Source: Chitinophagales bacterium
Lineage (GTDB): Bacteria > Bacteroidota > Bacteroidia > Chitinophagales > JADJOU01
Assembly (NCBI GenBank): GCA_025455685.1
Contig: JALOMB010000001.1
Location: forward strand, 19,673-83,672
Direction of reading: 5' to 3'
DNA: 64,000 bases
The notes beneath the pieces were generated by a model. It worked only from the letters and a program-made list of their open reading frames with translations. It had not been told where the DNA came from and ran no database searches. This document shows positions 1 through 9,706 of this stretch, one piece after another; positions within the stretch are counted from its first letter, which is position 1; every line of letters begins with the position of its first letter. The position numbers and the translations under genes are program-made.

Positions 1-383
1 AAAATACTTTTAGAGGCTTGCATTTTCAGCGACCTCCTTTTATGGAGTCCAAATGTATTCGTTGTATTTCGGGTGCCGTAATTGACTTTGCTTTAGATTT
101 GAGAAAAGACTCGGATACTTTTTTACAAGTATTTGAAATCGAATTAAGTGCTAAGAACAGGAAAATGATATATATCCCCAAAGGTTTTGCTCATGGTTTT
201 TTAACGCTTGAAGATAATTCAGAATTAGTATATTTGCACGATGAATTTTATCATTCTGACTATGATTCTGGCGTGTTTTATGGGGATGAAATGATTATAA
301 ACCCTATAAACATAACGCCTGAAATAATTTCAGAAAAAGACAAAAATTATTCTCGATTGGATGTAAATTTTAAAGGAATATAA
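1..383 (+). CDS. rfbC: dTDP-4-dehydrorhamnose 3,5-epimerase family (RmlC-type cupin), 5'-truncated by window edge
   Basis: Frame is open back to nt 3 (NTFRGLHFQRPP). RmlC hallmarks GLHFQ, KCIRC.SGAV.DFALDLR, IPKGFAHGF. The listed start at 18 is an internal TTG. Confidence 0.75.
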   Translation, partial: NTFRGLHFQRPPFMESKCIRCISGAVIDFALDLRKDSDTFLQVFEIELSAKNRKMIYIPKGFAHGFLTLEDNSELVYLHDEFYHSDYDSGVFYGDEMIINPINITPEIISEKDKNYSRLDVNFKGI

Positions 384-1607
384 ATGAATTGTAGACATTG
401 TAATCATTCTTTAACAAAAGTGTTCTGCGATTTGCAGACATGCCCTCCCTCCAATGCAATGGTGAAGCCAGAGTTGGTCAATCATCCAGAAACTTATTTT
501 CCATTAAAAGTATATGTGTGTGAGCAATGCTGGCTGGTACAGGTAGATGAAATTGAGAGAGCAGATGCTATATTTAACGACGAGTACACCTATTTTTCAT
601 CATACAGCTCAAGCTGGCTCGCACATGCTAAGAAATATGCTGATGAAATGACAAGTCGATTAGGTTTCAACGAAAACAGTTTAATAGTTGAGATTGCTTC
701 AAACGATGGATATCTATTGCAATATTTCAAAGAAAAAAATATTCCTGTATTGGGTGTCGAGCCTACCGCAAATACGGCGAAAGTTGCTCGTGAAAAAGGA
801 ATCGATTGTATCGTTGATTTTTTTGGGAGCGCAATAGCTTCAGAGAGACTCCTCGGTAAAGCAGATTTAATTGTAGGAAATAATGTATTGGCTCATGTTC
901 CCGATATCAATGATTTCGTCAAAGGTGTAAAAATAGCCCTTAAACCAAATGGTGTCAATACTTTTGAATTTCCACATCTATGCAAACTCGTTGAATTTAA
1001 TCAATTTGACACAATTTATCACGAGCATTTTTCCTATTTGTCTTTGACCGCGCTTAAATCTGTATTCGAAAAACAAGGGCTCGAATTTTTCGATGTTCAA
1101 GAGTTACCGACCCACGGAGGTAGCCTTAGAATTTTTACCAAACATATTGAAGATGAGTCAAAAGAAATTTCTCCTTCGGTAGCTGCCATGCTTCAAAAAG
1201 AAAAGGAGTTGGGGGTAGATACATTAACCTATTATAGTGGATTTCAAGAAAAAGTAGATGAAATTAGAAATGAATTTTTATCATTTTTACTCCAAGCTAA
1301 AAAAGAGGATAAAAAAGTAGTCGGCTATGGTGCCGCCGCCAAAGGAAATACCTTGCTCAATTATTGTGGTGTAAAAGCCAATGATTTAATCGATTATGTC
1401 GTGGATGCTTCTCCTTATAAACAAAACAAATTATTGCCAGGCTCACGTATTCCGGTATATCATCCAGATAAAATCAAAGAAACTAAGCCCGACTATGTGG
1501 TGATTTTTCCTTGGAATTTAAAAGATGAAATTAGTGTTCAGCACAACTATATTAACGAATGGGGCGGGCACTTCGTGACTGCTATACCAAATCTTCATAT
1601 TTTATAA
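384..1607 (+). CDS. NDP-hexose C-methyltransferase family (TylCIII-like: zinc ribbon + class I SAM fold + C-methyltransferase C-terminal domain)
   Basis: N-terminal Cys4 ribbon CRHC...CEQC; SAM-binding VEIASNDGYLL; C-terminal VVGYGAAAKGNTLLNY...DASPYKQNK. Start codon abuts the upstream stop. Confidence 0.7.
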   Translation: MNCRHCNHSLTKVFCDLQTCPPSNAMVKPELVNHPETYFPLKVYVCEQCWLVQVDEIERADAIFNDEYTYFSSYSSSWLAHAKKYADEMTSRLGFNENSLIVEIASNDGYLLQYFKEKNIPVLGVEPTANTAKVAREKGIDCIVDFFGSAIASERLLGKADLIVGNNVLAHVPDINDFVKGVKIALKPNGVNTFEFPHLCKLVEFNQFDTIYHEHFSYLSLTALKSVFEKQGLEFFDVQELPTHGGSLRIFTKHIEDESKEISPSVAAMLQKEKELGVDTLTYYSGFQEKVDEIRNEFLSFLLQAKKEDKKVVGYGAAAKGNTLLNYCGVKANDLIDYVVDASPYKQNKLLPGSRIPVYHPDKIKETKPDYVVIFPWNLKDEISVQHNYINEWGGHFVTAIPNLHIL

Positions 1608-1611
1608 AGAA

Positions 1612-2439
1612 ATGAAAATTTTAGTTTCTGGCAGTACGGGATTTATCGGACGCTATGTTTTAGAAGAACTTTCAAATTTTAAAGAAATTCAAGTTATATC
1701 AACGGCGAGAGGTGATTTAAAATCAAATTTTTCAACTCATATAAATTATGATTTAAAGCGTGATAATGAAGAAAATCTATATGATAAATTTAATCAACCG
1801 GACCGTTTAATACACTTAGCTTGGGAAGGATTACCAAATTATATGAATGATTTTCATATGACCGAAAATTTGCCAAATCATATTAAATTTCTTAAAAATC
1901 TAATCGACAATGGTTTAAAAAACCTGACTGTAGTAGGTACTTGTTTTGAATACGGACTTCAAGAAGGATGTTTGAATGAAGAAATGCCTTGTTATCCGAG
2001 TAATTACTACGCCTTGGCCAAAGATTCTCTTAGAAGATTTTTGGAAATTTATTGTGCAGAAAAAGAGGTGAACTTAAAGTGGGTACGACTTTTTTATATT
2101 TATGGGGAGGGGCAAAATCCAAATTCACTTATCCCCCAACTTGATAAAGCCATAGCTGATAATTTAGATGCCTTTAATATGAGTGGTGGAGAGCAAATTC
2201 GAGATTATCTCCCTGTAGAAAAAGTAGCTGAAAACATCGTAAAAATTGCACTTCAAGATAAGGTAACGGGCATTATCAACAATTGTAGCGGCAATCCAAA
2301 AAAATTGGTTACATTTGTACAAGATTATTTATCAATGAAAAAAAGTAAAATCAAACTAAACCTTGGTTTTTATCCCTATTCGCCTATAGAACCAATGGAG
2401 TTTTGGGGAGATAATCGTAAATTAAAACAAATTTTATGA
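1612..2439 (+). CDS. NAD-dependent epimerase/dehydratase family short SDR (probable NDP-ketohexose reductase/epimerase)
   Basis: Rossmann GSTGFIGRY at the N-terminus; catalytic YxxxK (YALAK); sugar-locus context; 4-nt overlap with the next gene. Confidence 0.65.
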   Translation: MKILVSGSTGFIGRYVLEELSNFKEIQVISTARGDLKSNFSTHINYDLKRDNEENLYDKFNQPDRLIHLAWEGLPNYMNDFHMTENLPNHIKFLKNLIDNGLKNLTVVGTCFEYGLQEGCLNEEMPCYPSNYYALAKDSLRRFLEIYCAEKEVNLKWVRLFYIYGEGQNPNSLIPQLDKAIADNLDAFNMSGGEQIRDYLPVEKVAENIVKIALQDKVTGIINNCSGNPKKLVTFVQDYLSMKKSKIKLNLGFYPYSPIEPMEFWGDNRKLKQIL

Positions 2440-3578
2440 CTTTGATATATAAAGCAAACAATTTCCCAATTTTACAAAATAGAGTGTATCAAGATAAGTT
2501 TGATGCTATTAATTGTCCTAAGGGTAATATTGTAATAGAAATGGATAATAGTGGTTTTGTATCAAATTCAGAATTTGATGAAAGCAAAATGGTCTATGAT
2601 CAAGAATATGATAATTCTGTTCCTTCTGATTTTTTTATTAAGTATTATGAACGAATTGGTAAATATTTGATAGAAAAGTATCATTTAAACGAGACCTCTA
2701 CAATTCTTGATATTGGCTGTGGAAAAGGAACTTTTCTAAACTTATTATATGATTCTTTAAAATATAAGGGCAAAGCAATTGGAATTGATCCTTCTTATGA
2801 AGGTAATTTAATCGCTAACAATGGCAAGTTAACCTTTGTCAAAGAGTACTTTAACGAAAAGCATTTGGAAGAAATTAACTCTGTTTCGCTTGTATTGCTT
2901 AGACATACGCTTGAACATATTCCTTACCCCAAAGCTTTCCTAAAAGAACTATTTTATATTTTCGAATCTAAAAATTTAACTAATATTCCAATTTTTATTG
3001 AAGTTCCAGACCTAGATTGGATAATGGAAAATAAGGCATATTGGGATTTCTTTTATGAACATGTAAATTATTTTACTAAGTCTAGTCTTTTGGACTGTAT
3101 AGAAGATGCTAAGGGAATAGCAACTGAAATTAAAAATGAATTTGGGAGCCAATATATTTGGGCAGAAGCCTCTATAAATAGTTCATTAAACAAAAAGTTA
3201 CAAATCCCATTGAAAGAGGTCTCTTTTGATTTTTCTAATGAAATTAAAGAAAATGTCAATAAGTTAAAGATGGCTATTGCTCCAAATACCGCTCTAGCCA
3301 TATGGGGAATGGCCAGTAAAGGCATCATATATACTTTGCATTTAAAAGAGTATAACATAGAGCCTCGTTATTTAATAGATATCAATTCAAATAAACAAAA
3401 TAAATATATTCCTTTGTTAGGCTATCAAATATTAGCGCCTGAAAATCTTCCAAAAGATAAAGAATTATCAATTATCTGTATGAATCCAAATTACTACAAA
3501 GAAATTTATGATACTTGTGTCCGTTTAGCACTTAAATTTACTTTATACACTCCCAATCTTGAACAAATTAATTTTTAA
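2436..3578 (+). CDS. class I SAM-dependent methyltransferase with C-methyltransferase-type C-terminal domain (paralog of 384..1607, no zinc ribbon)
   Basis: SAM motif ILDIGCGKGTF. C-terminal IWGMASKGIIYT...DINSNKQNK parallels GYGAAAKGNTLL...DASPYKQNK of the first enzyme. Confidence 0.6.
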   Translation: MTLIYKANNFPILQNRVYQDKFDAINCPKGNIVIEMDNSGFVSNSEFDESKMVYDQEYDNSVPSDFFIKYYERIGKYLIEKYHLNETSTILDIGCGKGTFLNLLYDSLKYKGKAIGIDPSYEGNLIANNGKLTFVKEYFNEKHLEEINSVSLVLLRHTLEHIPYPKAFLKELFYIFESKNLTNIPIFIEVPDLDWIMENKAYWDFFYEHVNYFTKSSLLDCIEDAKGIATEIKNEFGSQYIWAEASINSSLNKKLQIPLKEVSFDFSNEIKENVNKLKMAIAPNTALAIWGMASKGIIYTLHLKEYNIEPRYLIDINSNKQNKYIPLLGYQILAPENLPKDKELSIICMNPNYYKEIYDTCVRLALKFTLYTPNLEQINF

Positions 3579-3580
3579 AT

Positions 3581-4321
3581 ATGCATCCAGAGATCAAAAA
3601 ATTTTATGATGAAAAAAATTCTTTAATTTCATCAAACGCACAAAATCCTTCGCTACAAAAAGCTGCTCAAGACTTCAATACCGAGTCTAATAAAGCAAAA
3701 TATTCCTACAACTTTAGCTGGATGGGTCGTCCTATCATCGCTTATCCACAAGATATGATTGCGATGCAAGAGATTATCTGGGAGGTAAAGCCCGATTTAA
3801 TTATAGAAGCAGGTATCGCTCACGGTGGCTCATTGGTTTATTACGCTTCTTTGCTAGAGCTAATAGGTGGTGAGGGGATGGTCTTAGGGCTAGATATAGA
3901 TATCAGAGCGCACAATAAAGAACTGATAGAAGCCCACCCTATGATGAAACGCATTCAGATGATAGAGGGCGACTCCACTTCCCTAGAAATAGCGAATCTA
4001 GTATATGAAATCGCAAAAGACAAAAAACGTATTTTAGTTTGTTTGGATTCCAATCATACCCACGATCATGTGCTCAAAGAACTCGAACTTTATGCTCATT
4101 TAACTACTGTCGGCAGCTATTGTGTAGTGTTTGATACGATTGTCGAAGATTTACCTGCTGATTATATGCCTGGTGGCAGACCTTGGAACCCTGGAAATAA
4201 TCCAAAAACAGCAGTTTTTGAGTTCTTAAAAACCAATGATAATTTTGAAATAGATAAATCTATCGATCACAAAATATTAATTTCAGTTGCCCCGGATGGA
4301 TATTTGAAAAGAGTAAAATAA
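3581..4321 (+). CDS. CmcI (cephalosporin hydroxylase) family methyltransferase, probable sugar O-methyltransferase
   Basis: Family signature FSWMGRPIIAYPQDMIAMQEIIWEVKPDLIIEAGIAHGGSLVYYASLLELIG...LGLDIDIRAHN. Confidence 0.7.
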   Translation: MHPEIKKFYDEKNSLISSNAQNPSLQKAAQDFNTESNKAKYSYNFSWMGRPIIAYPQDMIAMQEIIWEVKPDLIIEAGIAHGGSLVYYASLLELIGGEGMVLGLDIDIRAHNKELIEAHPMMKRIQMIEGDSTSLEIANLVYEIAKDKKRILVCLDSNHTHDHVLKELELYAHLTTVGSYCVVFDTIVEDLPADYMPGGRPWNPGNNPKTAVFEFLKTNDNFEIDKSIDHKILISVAPDGYLKRVK

Positions 4322-4325
4322 AAAG

Positions 4326-5513
4326 ATGGAAAATATTAAGTTTTCAATTATTATCCCTACTAGAGATCGTGCTGAAACCCTTAGATACACCTTAAAAACT
4401 TTAGTAAATCTAAACTATAAAAACGCAGAATTTATCATCAGTGACAACTGTAGTTCTGATAACACATCCAAAGTTATTAAAGAATTTGTTGATCCCAGAA
4501 TAATTCATATAATGCCTGAAAAAAGGTTATCAATGTCACATAATTTTGAATTTGCTTTTTCTTACGCTACTGGTGATTTTATAACTTGTATGGGTGATGA
4601 TGATGGTATATTACCTGAGACGTTGAACTATGTTTGTGCTCTTATTAACAAATACGGAAAAATGCCAATTTCTACTCAATATTCCAAATTTAACTGGGGC
4701 AATAACTATTTTAAGCCTAATTTTCTAAGTATCAACATGAGAAGTGGTTATCGAGTTTATAATACAAAGGAAACTTTAAAAAGATTTTTTGAATTCAAAA
4801 ATTATTATTCCTCCTTACCTATTGTTTACTACGGATTTATCCCTAGAGATTTATATGAATCTGTAAAAGAAAAATCTTCAGGAAACTCTTTTTTTCAGTC
4901 TATGATTCCAGACGTTTATTCTAGTCTAGTGCTTTCTAATTTTACTGAACATCATATTGTATCCTTAAGGCCTTTGTTTATAGCTGGAATTTCTAAATTT
5001 AGCAATGGGCAGTCTACACTTACTGGCAAAAATGAAAAAGAAAAAAATGAAGGCTTAAAATTTTTATCTGAAGCTCCTTCTATACCTTTTCATCCTAAAG
5101 TCGCGTTTTCGCTTTCTTCAATATATTTAATTATTTTAGAGAGTTATTTCCAATTGCTTGATAACGTATCTGATGTAAGGTTGAATTTAAATATAGAAAA
5201 ATTTCTTAACAAAACCTATCATATTCATTGTTCTCAAAATGACCCTAAAATTATAGAAGCAATACAAGAAACTTGTAAAATAAATAAAATAGTTCTTGAT
5301 ACAAATTTTAAAATAAAAAAACAATCTCAATTTTCCAAGTTTAAAACTAAACTTAAATATAACCTCACGTATTATTCTATTTCTGATGAAAATATTGAAA
5401 ATATTGAAAATGCAGTTAGAATTCATGAATCTATATATAATTCAAAATCTCATCTTCTTTTTAATTTTTTTCGAAGACTTTCTGAAATTATCTCTAGAAC
5501 TGTAAACCTATAA
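4326..5513 (+). CDS. glycosyltransferase family 2
   Basis: N-terminal FSIIIPTRDRAETL, ISDNCSSD and GDDDG acidic motifs typical of GT-A/GT2. Confidence 0.7.
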   Translation: MENIKFSIIIPTRDRAETLRYTLKTLVNLNYKNAEFIISDNCSSDNTSKVIKEFVDPRIIHIMPEKRLSMSHNFEFAFSYATGDFITCMGDDDGILPETLNYVCALINKYGKMPISTQYSKFNWGNNYFKPNFLSINMRSGYRVYNTKETLKRFFEFKNYYSSLPIVYYGFIPRDLYESVKEKSSGNSFFQSMIPDVYSSLVLSNFTEHHIVSLRPLFIAGISKFSNGQSTLTGKNEKEKNEGLKFLSEAPSIPFHPKVAFSLSSIYLIILESYFQLLDNVSDVRLNLNIEKFLNKTYHIHCSQNDPKIIEAIQETCKINKIVLDTNFKIKKQSQFSKFKTKLKYNLTYYSISDENIENIENAVRIHESIYNSKSHLLFNFFRRLSEIISRTVNL

Positions 5514-5515
5514 AT

Positions 5516-6634
5516 TTGACTATCTCCATCAACCTTTGGATTCTTCGCAATAAACAATACGATGGGATTGCTTTGTATTGTATCAATTTATTTCAAGAAG
5601 TTATCGTTCAAAATCCTGAAATTCAGTTTCAGCTCCTTCTTCCTATGAATTACGAGGAAAATTTCTTCGATTTTCCAAACGTAAAACAGTTTAAAATCTT
5701 TCCGCCGCTCAGACATCCTTTGTTATATTTGCTTTGGTTAGAAATCTTTTTACCGATCTTTTTCTTGATAGTTAAAACTGATTTGTTTATTGGTGCTGAC
5801 GGAATGTTAAGTTTATTAAGTCCTATAAAACAAATTCCAATCATTTACGATTTGAATTTTCACCATTTTCCAGAGGTAATGGATCGTAAAAACCGTTGGT
5901 TTTACAATCTTTTTTTTCCTAAATATGCCAAAAAAGCATATCAAATAATCACTATTTCCAATTTTTGCAAACAAGATATCGCCCTTACTTATAAAATTGA
6001 CCTTAAAGATATTCATGTCGTCTATGCCAATGCAAATATTATTGGCGAGATTCTTGATGAGGATATCAAAAATTCTATTAAGAAACAGTATGCCAATGGA
6101 TTTGACTATTTTTTCTTTGTTGGCAGCTTACTGCCAAGAAAAAATCTGACAAATCAAATTTTGGCGTTTCTTAAATTTAAAGAAAAAACCAATTCAAACT
6201 ATAAGTTATTAATATCTGGAAATTCCTTGTGGGGGGCAAATGAAATTCTAAAAACTATTCAAGAAAATAATTTTAATAATGATATCATTTTTCTAGGACG
6301 ACTTAAAGATACAGAATTAAAGAACGTATTAGGAGCTGCTTTTGCTCTATGTTATGCATCTAAATTTGAAGGATTTGGAATTCCAATAGTTGAAAGTTTT
6401 TTGTCGGGAGTGCCTGTAATCACTTCCAATACTTCTTCAATGCCTGAAATAGCAAATAATGCTGCTGTATTAGTAAATCCTGATAATATAGACGATATTG
6501 CAGAAGCAATGAATTTATTATATATTGACGATTCTTTAAGAAAGGAATTAATTCTAAAGGGCTTGGTTCGAGCAAAGGATTTTTCTTGGACAAATAATGC
6601 TCAATCTTTTTCTAAAATTATATCTTCGTCTTAA
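5516..6634 (+). CDS. glycosyltransferase family 4 (GT-B)
   Basis: C-terminal FFFVGSLLPRKN...SKFEGFGIPIVESFLSGVPVITSN (E-x7-E region); TTG start. Confidence 0.7.
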   Translation: MTISINLWILRNKQYDGIALYCINLFQEVIVQNPEIQFQLLLPMNYEENFFDFPNVKQFKIFPPLRHPLLYLLWLEIFLPIFFLIVKTDLFIGADGMLSLLSPIKQIPIIYDLNFHHFPEVMDRKNRWFYNLFFPKYAKKAYQIITISNFCKQDIALTYKIDLKDIHVVYANANIIGEILDEDIKNSIKKQYANGFDYFFFVGSLLPRKNLTNQILAFLKFKEKTNSNYKLLISGNSLWGANEILKTIQENNFNNDIIFLGRLKDTELKNVLGAAFALCYASKFEGFGIPIVESFLSGVPVITSNTSSMPEIANNAAVLVNPDNIDDIAEAMNLLYIDDSLRKELILKGLVRAKDFSWTNNAQSFSKIISSS

Positions 6635-6641
6635 AATCAGT

Positions 6642-7535
6642 TTATTCTCCCACCATCCACTTTACCATTTTTTCAATTTGATTTTCACTAATTTTTACGA
6701 GTTTTATTAATTGTGTTTCATTTCCTTTTAATTCGTGAATTTCATTGGCTCGTATAAAGTTTGGGTTTTGATATACTGTAATTTTATGGCTAGTAATTTC
6801 CTCGCAAATCGTCAAAACATCTCGAATAGAATGCGTCTTTCCGGAACAAATATTTACGACAAAATTTGTAGCTTCCGTTTCCGCTAGCTGTCTATATACT
6901 TCCGCTACCCATCTCACATCGTTGTATTCTCTATGCGTATCTATATTTCCTAGTTCTATAATGTCTCTTTTCTCTTTAAAATGTTTCACAATTTTTGGTA
7001 TCACAAAATTCTCACTTTGTCCTCTGCCGGTGTAATTAAAAGGTCTAGTAATAATAATTGGAAGTTGTTCAAAGAAATTTTTAGCCACTTGCTCCATCGC
7101 CCATTTGCTTATTCCATAATGATTTATAGGATTTGAGGGCATCGATTCATCTAAAACATTAGCGTCTTGATTGCCATATACGGTTGCACTACTCGCCAAA
7201 ACTAATTTTTTAATATTTTCTTGATAAGGCAACAAGGCTTGAAGTAGGTTTTGGGTGCCTATTGTATTTACACTATAGAAGTCCAAAGGATTTGGGTGCT
7301 GTACAAAAGAAATGCCCCCTAAATGTATGATAAAATTTGGGCGGATTTTCTCAATAACATTCTGAATTGATGCTTTATCCGTCAAATTCATTTTAAATAC
7401 ATTCTCGCTAGATTTACTTTGAGATGTCCCATAAACTTCATACCCATTATTCAGAAATTCTTTGGCCACATAGCTCCCTGTAAAGCTATCTATAGCCGTT
7501 ATCAATACACGATTAGAATGAGAATCCATTTTCAT
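6642..7535 (-). CDS. rmd: GDP-6-deoxy-D-mannose (GDP-4-keto-6-deoxymannose) reductase, Rmd-like SDR
   Basis: Collinear with P. aeruginosa Rmd as recalled: IIHLGG, HYGISK (YxxxK), [37 protein letters not shown]. Directly downstream of gmd and overlapping it. Confidence 0.6.
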   Translation of the reverse strand: MKMDSHSNRVLITAIDSFTGSYVAKEFLNNGYEVYGTSQSKSSENVFKMNLTDKASIQNVIEKIRPNFIIHLGGISFVQHPNPLDFYSVNTIGTQNLLQALLPYQENIKKLVLASSATVYGNQDANVLDESMPSNPINHYGISKWAMEQVAKNFFEQLPIIITRPFNYTGRGQSENFVIPKIVKHFKEKRDIIELGNIDTHREYNDVRWVAEVYRQLAETEATNFVVNICSGKTHSIRDVLTICEEITSHKITVYQNPNFIRANEIHELKGNETQLIKLVKISENQIEKMVKWMVGE

Positions 7536-8547
7536 TTCTTCTGAGGTCTGCGTCTATCATTATTTTACAGAGTTCCTTGAGAGTGGTTTTCGCTTCCCAT
7601 CCCAAAATTTCTTTGGCTTTATTAGGATCTCCAATAAGTAATTCTACTTCGGCAGGTCTATAAAAAACTGGATTTACTTTTACCAATGTTTTTCCGTTAG
7701 TAGTATCTATACCTACTTCATTAATTCCTTCTCCAGTCCACTCTATTTTAACATCTATATTTTCAAAAGCTAGCTCTACAAATTTTCTGACCGTTTGTGT
7801 TTGATTGGTAGAAAGCACAAAAGTGTCTGCTTCTTTGGCTTGTAGCATGAGATACATTCCTTCTACATATTCTTTGGCATAGCCCCAATCGCGCTGGGCG
7901 TCTAAATTACCTAATTCTAGCATATTTGCCTTGCCAAGTTTGATTTTGGCTACCGTATCAGTAATTTTTCTAGTGACGAATTCTCTTCCTCTAAGTGGCG
8001 ATTCGTGATTGAATAAAATGCCACTTACCCCAAAAATATCATAACTTTCTCTATAGTTTACCGTTGCCCAATGTGCAAAAAGTTTTGCAAAACCATAGGG
8101 ACTTCGTGGATAAAAAGGCGTATTTTCTGTTTGAGGAATTTCCTGAACTTTTCCAAACATTTCTGAAGTGGACGCTTGATAAAAGCGAATTTTTGGGTTT
8201 ATGATTCTTATTGCTTCTAGTAAATGAAGTGCTCCGAGTCCTGTGGTGTGGGCGGTAGATAGTGGCTGATCAAATGACACTCCTACGAAGCTCTGTGCTG
8301 CTAGATTGTATATCTCGTCTGGTTCTACTTCTGAAATTAATCGAATATTTGAAGATTGATCGTTCAAATCGTATTCTTTTAGGGTTAAATTAGGGTGGTT
8401 TTGAATCCCTAGCTCTTCTATTCTCCAGAAATTCATAGAACTCGAGCGTCTATAAGTACCATAGACTTTATACCCTTTTTCTAAAAGGAGCTGTGTGAGA
8501 TAGGCTCCGTCTTGTCCGGTAATGCCTGTGATGATTGCTTTTTTCAT
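7513..8547 (-). CDS. gmd: GDP-mannose 4,6-dehydratase
   Basis: [24 protein letters not shown] and NHESPLRG motifs; length 344 aa. Confidence 0.9.
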   Translation of the reverse strand: MKKAIITGITGQDGAYLTQLLLEKGYKVYGTYRRSSSMNFWRIEELGIQNHPNLTLKEYDLNDQSSNIRLISEVEPDEIYNLAAQSFVGVSFDQPLSTAHTTGLGALHLLEAIRIINPKIRFYQASTSEMFGKVQEIPQTENTPFYPRSPYGFAKLFAHWATVNYRESYDIFGVSGILFNHESPLRGREFVTRKITDTVAKIKLGKANMLELGNLDAQRDWGYAKEYVEGMYLMLQAKEADTFVLSTNQTQTVRKFVELAFENIDVKIEWTGEGINEVGIDTTNGKTLVKVNPVFYRPAEVELLIGDPNKAKEILGWEAKTTLKELCKIMIDADLRRNENGFSF

Positions 8548-8556
8548 AAATTTTGA

Positions 8557-9666
8557 TTAAATAATTGTTTCAATAATGGCTTCCCAATGATATTTTTCGT
8601 AAAAGTCTTTTGAAATGTCTGAATTGTTTTGGATACTTTTTAATAAATTTTCATACAAATTTTGCCAATCACCATCTTTTGAAATATACAATTTATTACT
8701 TGCCACTTCTCTATTGATTCCATAGGCACTATTCTCAAAAGACACAAGATTTTTGTTGAAAGCAAGTGCTTCTATGGCTTTGGTTTTGATTCCGCCGCCA
8801 ATCAAAGTAGGGTTGAGCATAGTAGAGCAATGATGAATGACGTCATCTATATTTTCTACGAATCCTAAATATTTCACTTGAGGCGTTGATTTTTTGAGGA
8901 TTTCATCAATTTCTAAAGGAAGTCCTCCTCCAATAATTAGAATTTGAATCGGGTCTGAATTTTTAGAAATTCTTGTACAAATCTCTCGACAAATATCTTC
9001 TACAGCTTTATAGTTTGGCATATATGATTGTGAACCGATAAAATAAACCCATTCTTTATTTGCATCAAGACTAAATATTTCAGCAGTCTCTTGTTTTGAA
9101 TACTTTGAAGATGTTTTTGGTATTTCTTTAAAATCCGTACCAAAAGGTGTAAAAAAGCATATATCCTTGTTCAATCTATAGTTCTCAATGGCTTGATTCA
9201 TATCCTCTTCGGTTACGAAGCAAACTTTGTCTGCACTTCTCATTACCCATTTTTCATAATAAAACAAAATGCGCCACCACGACTTTCCCATAGATTTAAA
9301 TCGAAACGCTTCAATATTGTGGGATATTAGCGTAAGATTTTTATTTAATAGTTTTGACAATGAAATAAACGTTGCACCTAAGTAGGGTTGAATTATTATT
9401 ATATTGCTAATTTGCAGTTTTTCAATTATTTTCTTGAGTGTTAAGAATTTATAAAACGGTAAATATCTATATTTTTTCGGTGCTAAAATATTTATTTCTT
9501 GATAGGATTGTTCCTTTGGTTTCTCATTATCACTAGTACTCAATACAAAAGTTTGGTAATTAAAGCCTAGATATTGAGCTATTTTATAGTTCAATATCTT
9601 TCCGCCACTATTTGTAAATGGAATATATTGATAGGGATTAACGACTAAATAATGTTCTTTTTTCAT
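8557..9666 (-). CDS. glycosyltransferase (GT-B, GT4-like)
   Basis: C-terminal LIIGGG...YLGFVENIDDV...GGGIKTKAIEALA. Start moved to the ATG at 9666, because the listed TTG at 9672 lies between the -7 box at 9675..9682 and the TSS position that box predicts. Confidence 0.5.
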   Translation of the reverse strand: MKKEHYLVVNPYQYIPFTNSGGKILNYKIAQYLGFNYQTFVLSTSDNEKPKEQSYQEINILAPKKYRYLPFYKFLTLKKIIEKLQISNIIIIQPYLGATFISLSKLLNKNLTLISHNIEAFRFKSMGKSWWRILFYYEKWVMRSADKVCFVTEEDMNQAIENYRLNKDICFFTPFGTDFKEIPKTSSKYSKQETAEIFSLDANKEWVYFIGSQSYMPNYKAVEDICREICTRISKNSDPIQILIIGGGLPLEIDEILKKSTPQVKYLGFVENIDDVIHHCSTMLNPTLIGGGIKTKAIEALAFNKNLVSFENSAYGINREVASNKLYISKDGDWQNLYENLLKSIQNNSDISKDFYEKYHWEAIIETII

Positions 9667-9674
9667 TTTCAAGA

Positions 9675-9682
9675 CAAAAATA
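9675..9682 (-). promoter_or_regulatory. Bacteroidota -7 promoter box (TATTTTTG on minus strand) for GT gene 8557..9666
   Basis: Plus strand reads CAAAAATA, which matches TAnnTTTG. The ATG at 9666 lies 9 nt from the box edge. Confidence 0.45.
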
Positions 9683-9694
9683 ACATTATATTTT

Positions 9695-9702
9695 TATTTT
9701 TG
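9695..9702 (+). promoter_or_regulatory. Bacteroidota -7 promoter box TATTTTTG for GT4 gene 9707..10840
   Basis: Matches TAnnTTTG. The ATG begins 5 nt after the box, implying a leaderless or near-leaderless mRNA. Confidence 0.45.
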
Positions 9703-9706
9703 TGAG

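Noticed and set aside
5388-5412. Short tandem DNA repeat GAAAATATT x2-3
   Set aside because: It simply encodes ENIENIEN within the GT2 gene. It is too short and too few copies to count as a VNTR or regulatory repeat.
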